NCBI GenBank assembly: GCA_904419495.1
Contig: CAJFRV010000007.1
Location: 21,763 to 85,762, forward strand
DNA: 64,000 nt
Origin: an uncultured Clostridia bacterium
Lineage (GTDB): Bacteria > Bacillota > Clostridia > TANB77 > CAG-508
Direction: 5' to 3'
The translations under genes were made by a program, and so were the position numbers. Below are positions 11,801 through 18,640 of this stretch, one piece after another (the first letter of the stretch is position 1; the number at the start of each line of letters is the position of its first letter). Under the pieces are notes generated by a model, which made no database searches, had not been told where the DNA came from, and worked only from the letters and a program-made list of their open reading frames with translations.

Positions 11801-14337
11801 CATCAACCAAGAGAAGTAATAAAGCAGTTTTAGGAACAAATGTATATAGAGAACCAACTTTAATTTCAGGTGGTGCAGACTATACATGGAATATTGCAAA
11901 TAATAGTTCTAAGGGACAAGGATATGACTTATTAGAACAATATTATAAAAATATGGGATTTGGAACAACAAGTGGTGTTAGTGCATTTAATAGTTATACA
12001 GAATTTGGACAATATATGAATGAAGAATATAGTAATATGTTAAAAAGTGTAGACAAACATGGAGGGTTCTATGTTGGTAGATATGAAGTGAGTACAGAAG
12101 GAAATTTAGTTACAAAGGATGCAGTTATACAATCACAAATTGCTAAAAATCCAATAGCTAATCAAAACTGGTATAAAGAATATTATTATCAAGACAGTAA
12201 TCTAAATCCAAAAAATCCATATTATCAATCATCAAGTGTAACAACTTCTATGATATGGGGAAGTCAATGGGATGCTATGTTAAATTGGATGTTAGATGAT
12301 GATAAGACAAGAGAGTTTGTAACATCTATTACAGGAAATCATACAGAAACAGTTGCACAGACAGGTTCATATTCAACAGACTTATCAAAAAATATCTTCG
12401 ACTTGAGTTCAAATGTAGGTGAATGGACACAAGAAGGACAAGGAACAACATATAGAATGGCAAGAGGAGGTTATTGTGTATTAACAACGGATAAATACAT
12501 TTTCAATGCAAGTAGTAGATATAATACATGGCAACCACCAACAATGACATCAGTATATTCAAATCCAACTTCTATAGGAACAGATACAAGTAAAAACTAT
12601 TTAGGATCAAGAACAGCAATGTATATCAAAGATACGACAGATACAACAGCACCAGAAATTTCAATAAATAGTAAAACAGCAGGTACAAACAATATAGAAG
12701 TAAATGTAACAGCAGTAGATAAAGAATCGGGAATTAATAAATACATATATGCAATTAGCTTAAAGAATTTTGAGGATACAGGATTTAACGAAGAAACAGA
12801 TATTTTACAAAAAGTTGAAACACATGGAAATACATATATATTTAATGAACTAACACAAAATCAAAGTTATTATATAAGAATACAAGCAGTTAATGGTGTA
12901 GGCGGAATAGCAACTGCCTATACCGGGCTTATAAAAACAGAAGTCTTGAATGTACAAGAAGGAGCTATTATTCAAGAAAAAGTATATGGAAAAAATGGGC
13001 AAGGAACGGCATATTATGAGATTAGTGGTGAAACGAACTTTGAAAATGAAGGATATTATATAGAATATCAAATAGATAAAGGTGGAACAACAGGATATCA
13101 GCCAAGTGGTAGTTGGACAAAAGGAAATACAGTTAATGGTTTATCAGTTGGAGATGTTGTATATACTAGAATTTATGATGGTGTTAACGATTCTGGATAT
13201 TATATGACTACTAACATTACAGAATTGGAAACTTTTTCAGAGGTTTATAAAGAAACAAAAATATATGAAGATATAGAAACAAATCCAGTAGAAGGTGGAG
13301 AGTCAGAGACAGAAGTTGTCGGAAGAGCATATATTCCAGCAGGTTTTAAAGTATCAACATCAAGTCTAACAAATAAAATTGCAAACGGATTGGTTATAGA
13401 AGATGAGGCAGGAAATCAATATGTTTGGATACCAGTAGAAAATGCTATATATGATGGAAAAACGACAATTTCAGCTAATTATAAACCAATGGCAAGATAT
13501 CAGTCAGGATATAATGAAAGTACGGCAGAGCAGTATTTTGAAGCAATTTTATACACATTTAGTGGTACAAGTTCAAGCAATTATTCATTAACTGGTTATG
13601 GATTAGGAAAAAGTTCATTTAGAGAGCCAAGTTTAGTAACAAATAGTACAGCAAATTATTCATGGGTATTTACTGCTGGAAATAATTATGATGCTACAAA
13701 TTACAATCAGTTAAGTCCATTAGGAATTAATAGTGCGACAGCAATGGGAACATATTTAAATGATAAATATACAGAAATGGTAGAAAGCATTGCAAAATAT
13801 GGAGGATTTTATGTAGGAAGATATGAAACAAGTTCTTGGGAAACAGATAACTGGGAAGCAGGAGGAACTAACAAAGATAATACAGGAGAAATTATAAAAT
13901 CTGTGCCAAATGCAACAACAATGGCATCAACAAACTGGTATAAGATGTATTTAAAACAAGATAGTAATTATACTTCAAATCCATATCATACAAGCTCAAG
14001 TGTAACAAGTTCTATGATTTGGGGAGCACAATGGGATACCATGTTAAATTATATATTAACAGGTTCAGATAAAGAGAAGGTAACAGCAGTAACAGGAAAT
14101 CACTCGGGAACTAGGGCTAAGACAGGACAATATGGAAGTGACATAATGAATAATATTTTTGATTTAAGCTCTAATGTAAGAGAGTGGACAAGCGAGGCTT
14201 CTGGAGCAACCAACCGTGTCTTTCGTGGAGGCTATTACGATACGGATGATCTCTATGCTTCAAGCATTCGCTATTGCTACAATCCTACGAATAGCTTCTA
14301 CCATATCGGTTCGCGTCTCTCACTTTATTTAAAGTAG
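5887..14337 (+). CDS. Giant (2816 aa) surface protein and DGR target. It has a prepilin-like N-terminal anchor, >10 Ig/Fn3-like modules and three FGE-sulfatase/C-type-lectin-fold domains; the last one carries the VR.
   Basis: The 8451-nt ORF is uninterrupted. The N-terminus KDGTHG|ITLIALVITIIVLLILAGISIATL resembles a class III (prepilin) leader but has Ala at +5. Modules recur with the motifs YY[IY]..., TTY.I.V and ATDNESG. The three CLec-type domains carry GGFY[IV]GRYE ... WG.QWD.MLN ... EWT ... R[IVM].RGG[SY]Y motifs. The C-terminal 134 nt pair with the TR. Confidence 0.85.
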   Translation: MKFSKGRMLLAKDGTHGITLIALVITIIVLLILAGISIATLSGDNGVLTKAVEAKKQTKIAEDTENLQLLYVQKAGETKYGDPSIDEYLDYVEEKGYPTKVDNGVSYVEADGSIYEVSIEDGELKVDYVEEGTITDPRIQRIEIVEKTMNSIKISVIASRLDGGTFYYYIGTSEDQLEEQGSGKETEFTFENLSPGQTYYIKVKGVTTDGRETEKNITAQIDSIPDAEGNITYDIRWNNGTATVTFRSTSGYTIETSRDGLTYTKSSVVSGVENGGIVRARLTNGNFAGKEITVTVIDSEKPKLTLKTGKVTSKSIELIATATDNESGVTGQSYNYYIGKGGESSTLSGNNTTGKYTFENLDQNTTYEIKVEIEDRAGNKATQTMEAKTELIPSASSAIRRNVVWNADGTAQVTLSTDTSYNILYNIDGGQWELYSNALSVTNGQTIYMCLTDGRNRGEEYGLQVIDRDGPEITVTRGKITTNSITVNVEAEDKGSGLPQGNTYKYYIKSSNESDYRLIKEGESNTTFTFTGLTAQTTYNIRVTTTDLVGNEGKGEIDATTNEFTYVTGNIEFSEIRWENKLANVTLTNNTANAMEYKIIPKGTEVDLGGTWQTASNKTQTVGNLKAGDIILARLNDGVNTTGYATLTIQDTINPSIEVKISNEQWTNTSVTITINATDNESGLQEQAYSFDGGTNWQAENTKTYEQNTAGIVIKVRDEAGNVTTYNTINITNIDKDGPTMNVETDTTSNSLTVNITSVTDAGIGLEDTPTFVYYIATSSEALETTIGATSTEKTKQYTDLTQNTTYYLKVEVQDKLGNVTTVYKTVSTGSLDASSGDVNITDPEWTNGKASVRITNQSEYDLQYQIVENGESFNENGNWTNETNKEMNIGELKHGDVIYVRLTDGSNVSGTIIKEIKDVVNPTITSVTGNREEWTNTPITLTINATDNESGLQEQAYSFDGGKTWQKENTKIYEQNTAGIVIQVRDIAGNITTYDTIDITKIDKTGPSITIEEQETTTNQSTINVKATDSGVGMEETPTYTYYTKQGEAENYTKIEENQNTTYTFKNLKAGTTYTIKVEAKDTLGNIGEKTLEITTRNLLYSVGDITFTDIIWNNGKATVTANNKIEEYDMQYQIGKDGANINLNGVWTTVKEKSIPITNLEDDDIIYARLTDGVNVTSGYATCNISNISKETYTEEELAKETTRADYEILGISVNNNEIRVQIDGKEENGALYNYYYKTVNDDKYTLISTNTNYNEPAVITDIQEGTLYKIKATIIDTDGNVSRSANTATTIALGQATQNTTYNDNRTYIDNSKEVENAEGSKVVAGYTVSVPAGFKVSETEGQNKQEDGVVLKDNNGNEYVWIPVYDAIYDGVTSMPTSTGTATRTYKPMATKQTGKAGYYESLIYTFNGTLSYRNSSNTGIGKTSYREPSLITNNANDGYTWDVTQTVGVNYDAAEDYYKTVLGFESAKAFGEYMASSYNDMIMSVDSYGGFYIGRYETTAEETGDGVVVGSQANKTVLANKNWYQMLLYQDSEKYTKNPYNTIASARTSMVWGNQWDAMLNYVLKGMDSTKVTGKTGQQKNTPSNSGQDASDVMNNIYDLGSNLYEWTQEANATNYRIYRGGSYDTASSGRAYTRNNVVPIDQGPAFGTRLGLYVKSTNDVTGPVVTINHTTATSNTITVDVTATDKETGVSSYRYSISENGMNWTQVAETTTNTYTYTGLKQNTNYYIRIIAVDGQENVGEAVETQVKTQTLGNISATAITLSQKYGPDGQGIVQLNLEDTYKNSGYHIETQVVKPGGNFTEDQGWTSGDTVYNLSNGDKIYATVYDGKNRSGDYFELVVDGLEEYAYIDEEGNTYTEEEAQKEENKNQTTYDTTMNYTDEEGNTATIPAGFKVGISDSVKSINNGLVIQDNKGNEYVWVPVEEAIETDTTTDSAQKAMARYQAGYSSGSAKEFFEGILYNFTGTASTKRSNKAVLGTNVYREPTLISGGADYTWNIANNSSKGQGYDLLEQYYKNMGFGTTSGVSAFNSYTEFGQYMNEEYSNMLKSVDKHGGFYVGRYEVSTEGNLVTKDAVIQSQIAKNPIANQNWYKEYYYQDSNLNPKNPYYQSSSVTTSMIWGSQWDAMLNWMLDDDKTREFVTSITGNHTETVAQTGSYSTDLSKNIFDLSSNVGEWTQEGQGTTYRMARGGYCVLTTDKYIFNASSRYNTWQPPTMTSVYSNPTSIGTDTSKNYLGSRTAMYIKDTTDTTAPEISINSKTAGTNNIEVNVTAVDKESGINKYIYAISLKNFEDTGFNEETDILQKVETHGNTYIFNELTQNQSYYIRIQAVNGVGGIATAYTGLIKTEVLNVQEGAIIQEKVYGKNGQGTAYYEISGETNFENEGYYIEYQIDKGGTTGYQPSGSWTKGNTVNGLSVGDVVYTRIYDGVNDSGYYMTTNITELETFSEVYKETKIYEDIETNPVEGGESETEVVGRAYIPAGFKVSTSSLTNKIANGLVIEDEAGNQYVWIPVENAIYDGKTTISANYKPMARYQSGYNESTAEQYFEAILYTFSGTSSSNYSLTGYGLGKSSFREPSLVTNSTANYSWVFTAGNNYDATNYNQLSPLGINSATAMGTYLNDKYTEMVESIAKYGGFYVGRYETSSWETDNWEAGGTNKDNTGEIIKSVPNATTMASTNWYKMYLKQDSNYTSNPYHTSSSVTSSMIWGAQWDTMLNYILTGSDKEKVTAVTGNHSGTRAKTGQYGSDIMNNIFDLSSNVREWTSEASGATNRVFRGGYYDTDDLYASSIRYCYNPTNSFYHIGSRLSLYLK
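14191..14324 (+). repeat. DGR variable repeat (VR) at the 3' end of the target gene
   Basis: It aligns base-for-base with 16324..16454. There are 16 differences, and 15 of them are at positions where the TR has A. It is GC-rich (cgt/ggc/tcg codons) compared with the host background. Confidence 0.85.
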
Positions 14338-14344
14338 CACTGGA

Positions 14345-14358
14345 CACGAAAGCCGTGA
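14345..14358 (+). promoter_or_regulatory. Short GC-rich hairpin immediately 3' of the VR (cacg-aaagc-cgtg), a candidate DGR target-recognition hairpin
   Basis: GC-rich inverted repeat 8 nt after the stop codon in an AT-rich context. The analogy is to the hairpin downstream of the Bordetella phage mtd VR. Confidence 0.25.
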
Positions 14359-14511
14359 ACTTGAACATATAAATGAATTAGTGGACATAACAAATTTTGA
14401 TAAGTAGAAATTAAAATGCTTCCTTAGAGTTGCTATATAATCCTAAGGAGGCATGTCCTGATAAAAATAGAACAATTGCATTAGAAAATAGATAAATAAC
14501 CCTTTCCTAAA

Positions 14512-14850
14512 TTTTCGAAGCAATTGTTCATATATAGGAAATTCATTTCCCATATATGAAAAGTCGCTTGCGACTAACAGTTGTACACAATTTTACGTAA
14601 GTAAAATTGATACAGGAACAAATACGCGACATGTAAGTAATTAAAAAACAAAAAAATTTTAATCATGTCGCTATTGTTCTTGTATAGGAAAAATCGAGTT
14701 TTTCCTATACAAGAACGTTGCTTCGCTCTAACAATTGCACACAAATTTTACTAACGTAAAATTTGGCGCCGAACAATGACGCAGGCTTTGAAATGTTATA
14801 AATAGAAAATCTTTAAAAAAGCCCGCTATTGTTCTTAAATAGGAATAGGG
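14512..14850. repeat. Tandem ~150-nt repeat (2.2 copies) in the VR-avd spacer; each unit carries a TATAGGAAA-family hairpin and a second hairpin caa(a)tttta-N6-taaaa(t)ttg
   Basis: Units start at ~14512, ~14666 and ~14820. The first ~95 nt of units 1 and 2 are ~70% identical. The perfect palindrome cttgtataggaaaaatcgagtttttcctatacaag lies at 14679..14713. Confidence 0.6.
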
Positions 14851-14900
14851 ACAGAGACGAAAATAACAATTGAAATAAAAAAGAAAAACAAAGGAAAATT

Positions 14901-15269
14901 ATGAAACAAGATAATGAATTAAAGCTCATACCAGCTTATGAGCAGTATATGGAATATATGATACAATTACTTATAAAATTGCCCAGAACAGAGAAATTTA
15001 GTATAGGTACAGAATTTAAACAAGTGATGTATAGTACATTAGAAGATATTATGTTTATAACAAAGTTAGATATGAATAAAAGATTAAGTTATTTAAATCG
15101 AATAGATGCAAAATTAAATGCACAAAGAATCATGCTAAGAGTTATGAAAAAATTTGCATGGATAGACATAAAGAAATTTGATATTGCAATGGGAAAAATA
15201 TATGAAATTGGTAAAATATTAGGAGGGCTTATTAAATATTATGCCAAAAACAATCAGAAATCAATTTGA
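14901..15269 (+). CDS. avd: DGR accessory variability determinant (Avd-like four-helix-bundle protein)
   Basis: 122 aa, basic, predicted helical, immediately upstream of the RT and overlapping it by 29 nt. This is the typical DGR position for avd. The assignment rests on context and size rather than strong sequence similarity. Confidence 0.55.
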   Translation: MKQDNELKLIPAYEQYMEYMIQLLIKLPRTEKFSIGTEFKQVMYSTLEDIMFITKLDMNKRLSYLNRIDAKLNAQRIMLRVMKKFAWIDIKKFDIAMGKIYEIGKILGGLIKYYAKNNQKSI

Positions 15270-16287
15270 TAAATATTTGACTTATGAAAAATTGTTAGAA
15301 GCACACAACAAATCTAAAAAAGGAAAATGTCGAAAAACAGAATTAATTCGATTTAATTTAAAACAAGAAGAATATATTATGTATTTATATCATCAGTTGA
15401 AGAATGGAACTTATAAACATGGTGGCTATACAGAATTTTACGTAACAGAACCTAAGTTAAGAAAAATAGAAAAGTCCAGATATATTGATAGAATCGTTCA
15501 TAGATGGCTTGTAGATAATTTTTTATTAAAAGGGTTTGCTAGTCAATTCATCAATACTTCTTATGCTTGCATAAAAAACAAAGGTATGCATAGAGCAGCA
15601 TTTAAAGTACAAGAATATATGAGAAAGGCAAAGGTAAATTGGGGAGAAAATTATTATGTTTTAAAAACAGATATTGCAAAATATTTTAATAGCATTGATA
15701 AAGAAATTTTAATAAAAATCTTAAAGAGAAAGATAAAAGATGAAAAATTGCTATGGCTAATAAATGAAATATTGTATGCCCAGAAAAGGAAAAAAGGAAT
15801 TGAAATAGGAAATTATACAAGTCAAATATTTGCCAATATTTATTTAAATGAAGTCGATCAATATATTAAACATGAATTAAAAGTAAAATATTATGTTCGA
15901 TATTTAGATGACAGTATATTACTTTTAGAAACAAAAAAAGAGGCTAAAGAAGTTTTATTTAAAATACAGGTATTTTTAAAAGAAAAATTGGAATTGGAAC
16001 TGAATAAAAAAACACAAGTTTTTAAAGGAAAACAAGGAATTAATTTTTGTGGATATAAAATTAATGAATATAGACTAAAATTAAGGGATAAGGGAAAAAG
16101 AAAACTAAAAAATAAAATTAAGAAAATGAAAAGTTATGTAAAAAAAGGAAAAATAAGTAGTCATGAGGCCAAAAGATATTTAGCAGGTCATATAGGTTAT
16201 GTGAGATGGGCAAACGTATATAATTTAATGAATAAATTATTTTATATAGAAGATAATCAGTTTACAAATAAGAAAAGCATACATTAA
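15241..16287 (+). CDS. DGR-type reverse transcriptase
   Basis: RT motifs are present: KTDIAKYFNSID (motif 2), IGNYTSQIFANIYL (SQ motif 4, diagnostic of DGR RTs versus QG in group II introns), YVRYLDDSILL (catalytic YxDD). 348 aa, no maturase or endonuclease domain. Confidence 0.9.
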   Translation: MPKTIRNQFDKYLTYEKLLEAHNKSKKGKCRKTELIRFNLKQEEYIMYLYHQLKNGTYKHGGYTEFYVTEPKLRKIEKSRYIDRIVHRWLVDNFLLKGFASQFINTSYACIKNKGMHRAAFKVQEYMRKAKVNWGENYYVLKTDIAKYFNSIDKEILIKILKRKIKDEKLLWLINEILYAQKRKKGIEIGNYTSQIFANIYLNEVDQYIKHELKVKYYVRYLDDSILLLETKKEAKEVLFKIQVFLKEKLELELNKKTQVFKGKQGINFCGYKINEYRLKLRDKGKRKLKNKIKKMKSYVKKGKISSHEAKRYLAGHIGYVRWANVYNLMNKLFYIEDNQFTNKKSIH

Positions 16288-16323
16288 CAAAATTCAAGAT
16301 TTAGATATAGGGATAAATCGAAG

Positions 16324-16454
16324 AGGCTAATGGAGCTACCAACCGTGTCAATCGTGGAGGCAATTACAATACGGATGATCTCAATGCTTCAAGCAATCGC
16401 AATAGCAACAATCCTACGAATAGCAACAACAATATCGGTTCGCGTCTCTCACTC
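16324..16454 (+). repeat. DGR template repeat (TR), downstream of the RT
   Basis: Non-coding copy of the VR with AAT/AAC at every diversified codon (it would read GATNRVNRGGNYNTDDLNASSNRNSNNPTNSNNNIGSRLSL). It shares the GC-rich 3' block atcggttcgcgtctctcact with the VR, a candidate IMH*. Confidence 0.85.
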
Positions 16455-16686
16455 TAATACTATTTCAGATTATATATTTTACGGAATATATACAGTAAAG
16501 TATTAGTAATAAAGAGATTTATTCCTTCCTGATAATTTGTGATATCATTTGTTTTTATATATAAAATTTAGAAAACGTAAATGGTGTTATAAGTAAGATG
16601 GTAAAAAATGATAAGAACAATATATGTTAGTAAATATATCGAATTGAAAATATATCATTGTTCGTAAAAAAATAAAGGATTGTAAT

Positions 16687-16953
16687 ATGAATAAATGTTT
16701 TTTTATGGGAAGAATTATAACAGATGTAGATTTTAAGTTTATGTTAGATAATAAAAATGATTCCATATCCACATTTAATATAGAATTGTCAAATACATCT
16801 ATTATAAAAGCAATTACTTTTAATGAACGAGCTGATTATAGCTATCGCAAATTGGAAAAAGAAGATATTGTACTTATAGAGGGAAGATTGGATTCAATGT
16901 TGAATGTTATTGTACAGGAAGTAGAAAAGCTAGATGTGATAAAAAATAAATAA
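16687..16953 (+). CDS. Small OB-fold SSB-like protein (truncated single-stranded-DNA-binding-like)
   Basis: 88 aa. The MNKCFFMGRI..D.DF.....ISTFNIEL...IKAITFNERA....KLEKEDIVLIEGRL pattern parallels the SSB N-terminal OB fold (MNRVILVGRL....F.LAV..R....DFI.CV.W...AE....L.KGS.V.VEGRL). The similarity is weak. Confidence 0.3.
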   Translation: MNKCFFMGRIITDVDFKFMLDNKNDSISTFNIELSNTSIIKAITFNERADYSYRKLEKEDIVLIEGRLDSMLNVIVQEVEKLDVIKNK

Positions 16954-16972
16954 TGCAAAGGAGAAATGAAAA

Positions 16973-17488
16973 ATGGAAGAAAGAAATACCAAAAAGGTAA
17001 AACCAAAAAATACAAATAAGAAAAAAACGAGGTCTATGAATGTATGGATGCTTATATTATTAGTAGCGATTATAGTGGTAGTAATTGTCATTGTGATAAA
17101 CAATAAAAAATCTAAAAAAGAAAGTGCAAATACTGCAAATGGAGAAAATACATCTAATAGTTATGTTGAAGAAATTGAAGATGGTGTAAAGATTAATAAG
17201 AGTACAAGATTAAATGAAGCAAAAGAAATAGATGGTCTAACAGTTGCCAATATTCAATTAACAACAGAAAGTGGAATGACAACACTTTTAGCAGATGTTA
17301 CAAATAATTCAGGAGCAAGAACAGAAGTAAAATCAATAGAGATTACATTATTAAGTGAGGATGGAGCAGAATTAACAAAGGTAACAGGAATTATAAATGC
17401 ACTAGAAGCAGGAGAAACAACACAATTAAATATAGCAATGACTTCTGACTATGTAAATGCATATGATTTTAATATTAATATAAAATAA
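16973..17488 (+). CDS. Hypothetical membrane-anchored protein (Lys-rich N-terminus, one TM helix, Thr-rich beta-type extracellular domain)
   Basis: ORF with TM segment WMLILLVAIIVVVIVIVI; no recognisable catalytic motifs. Confidence 0.45.
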   Translation: MEERNTKKVKPKNTNKKKTRSMNVWMLILLVAIIVVVIVIVINNKKSKKESANTANGENTSNSYVEEIEDGVKINKSTRLNEAKEIDGLTVANIQLTTESGMTTLLADVTNNSGARTEVKSIEITLLSEDGAELTKVTGIINALEAGETTQLNIAMTSDYVNAYDFNINIK

Positions 17489-18105
17489 TTATTGTTTTGT
17501 TAATTTTAGCAGGAGTAACAATTGCAACATTAACAGGAGACAATGGGATATTAACAAGAGCAAATAATGCAAAAGAACAAACAGAAAATGCAGAGGAAAA
17601 GGAAAAAGTAAAATTATCATCAACAGCAGCACTAACAAAAGCAACTGGAGAAGAAATTAATCAAGAAGACTTAGAAGAAGAACTTGGAGAGTATTTTGAA
17701 ACAGGGAAATACGCAGTAGAAGAAGGAACAAATGAAGATGGAATAGAAGGATATGTAGTAACAATAACAGAAAAAGATCCAAATGGAAGAGAATATTTTG
17801 TAGACAAAAATGGAGCAATGTCAGAAACAGCAGATAAGGAGGATTCACGAACAATCACATTTTATATAAACGATATAAGTTTTGAATGCCTAGAGGGAGA
17901 AGTATGGGGAGACTGGATTACATCAAATGAAGAATTATTAAGTCAAAATGGATTTGCTGATTTAGCAACATTACCTATGTGGGGGAGCGTAATAGGAATT
18001 TATTGTGGTGGTGGTTTATTGGAACCATATCTTTCAAATGAAACAGGTAGTAATGTATTTGTAGACGAACAAATTCAACATTTGCATAAATATAGATGGG
18101 AGTAA
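17488..18105 (+). pseudogene. Promoterless 5'-truncated paralog of the DGR target gene. It starts exactly at the conserved TM-coding segment (IIVLLILAGVTIATLTGDNGILT) and has no ATG or leader.
   Basis: nt 17488..17513 are identical to 5975..6000 of the giant gene (attattgttttgttaattttagcagg). The frame opens only 4 codons upstream, after a stop. The downstream 200 aa are unrelated to the giant protein body. Confidence 0.5.
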
Positions 18106-18147
18106 TACATCTGTTATTTGGATATAATACTTCCATAAACATAATTG

Positions 18148-18420
18148 TGTTGTTAATTTTAGCAGGAGTAACAATTGCGACATTAACAGGAGAACTTAAG
18201 TAAAGCACAAGAGGCAAGTGAAAATACAAAGAAAATAAATGCATAAAAACAAGTAGAAATAGCAATAACAATAACAAGAAGCATAGGAACAAATGGAAAT
18301 ATAAATAATGCAGATTTAGAAAAAATTAAATCAAATAGAAAAAATAACAGGAACACCAAGTCCAATAGAAGATAGAGATTATACATTTATGGTAACAGTC
18401 AATGTAGTCATGTATTCTAT
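18148..18420 (+). pseudogene. Second truncated, decayed paralog fragment of the same N-terminal cassette
   Basis: attgtgttgttaattttagcaggagtaacaattgcgacattaacaggaga matches 17491..17540 (~50 nt). An in-frame stop follows 20 codons later, and frameshifted pilin-like remnants continue downstream. Confidence 0.45.
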
Positions 18421-18640
18421 TCGTCTTGTAATTTCTCTAGGATCTGATATCGAAATTATAACATGTAAAGGAGAAAACAACAGTACAAATATGCACCAAA
18501 TCAGTAAATAGGAGCTTGTCAAGTCTGGTGTGTAAAGAAAGTTTGATATTAAATAAAAAAATCCTCCCAAAAACTTGTAATTTTCAATATTATTGATATA
18601 ATAATAATTGGACATAAACAAGAGAAAGGGAGGATTTTTT

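Noticed and set aside
10730-12640. CLec/FGE domains 1 and 2 of the target as additional VRs
   Set aside because: Their protein motifs resemble the VR, but the nucleotide sequences (AT-rich codons such as aga gga gga agc tat) do not align with the TR. Only 14191..14324 does.
6992-13071. Several 60-150-aa minus-strand and alternative-frame ORFs inside the giant gene (for example 6992..7225, 8481..8945, 10118..10327)
   Set aside because: They are antisense or out-of-frame to a long, motif-rich coding frame, and their composition reflects the A/T-rich codon complement. They are spurious.
14512-14850. Possible CRISPR array in the VR-avd spacer
   Set aside because: The repeat units are ~150 nt, imperfect and contiguous, with no short unique spacers between them and no cas genes nearby. 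It is a tandem structured repeat, not a CRISPR array.
17497-18105. 17497..18105 as an intact gene starting at the listed codon
   Set aside because: The first codon is TTG reached only 4 codons after an upstream stop. There is no RBS or leader, and the ORF begins precisely at the block shared with the giant gene. It is treated as a truncated cassette or pseudogene.
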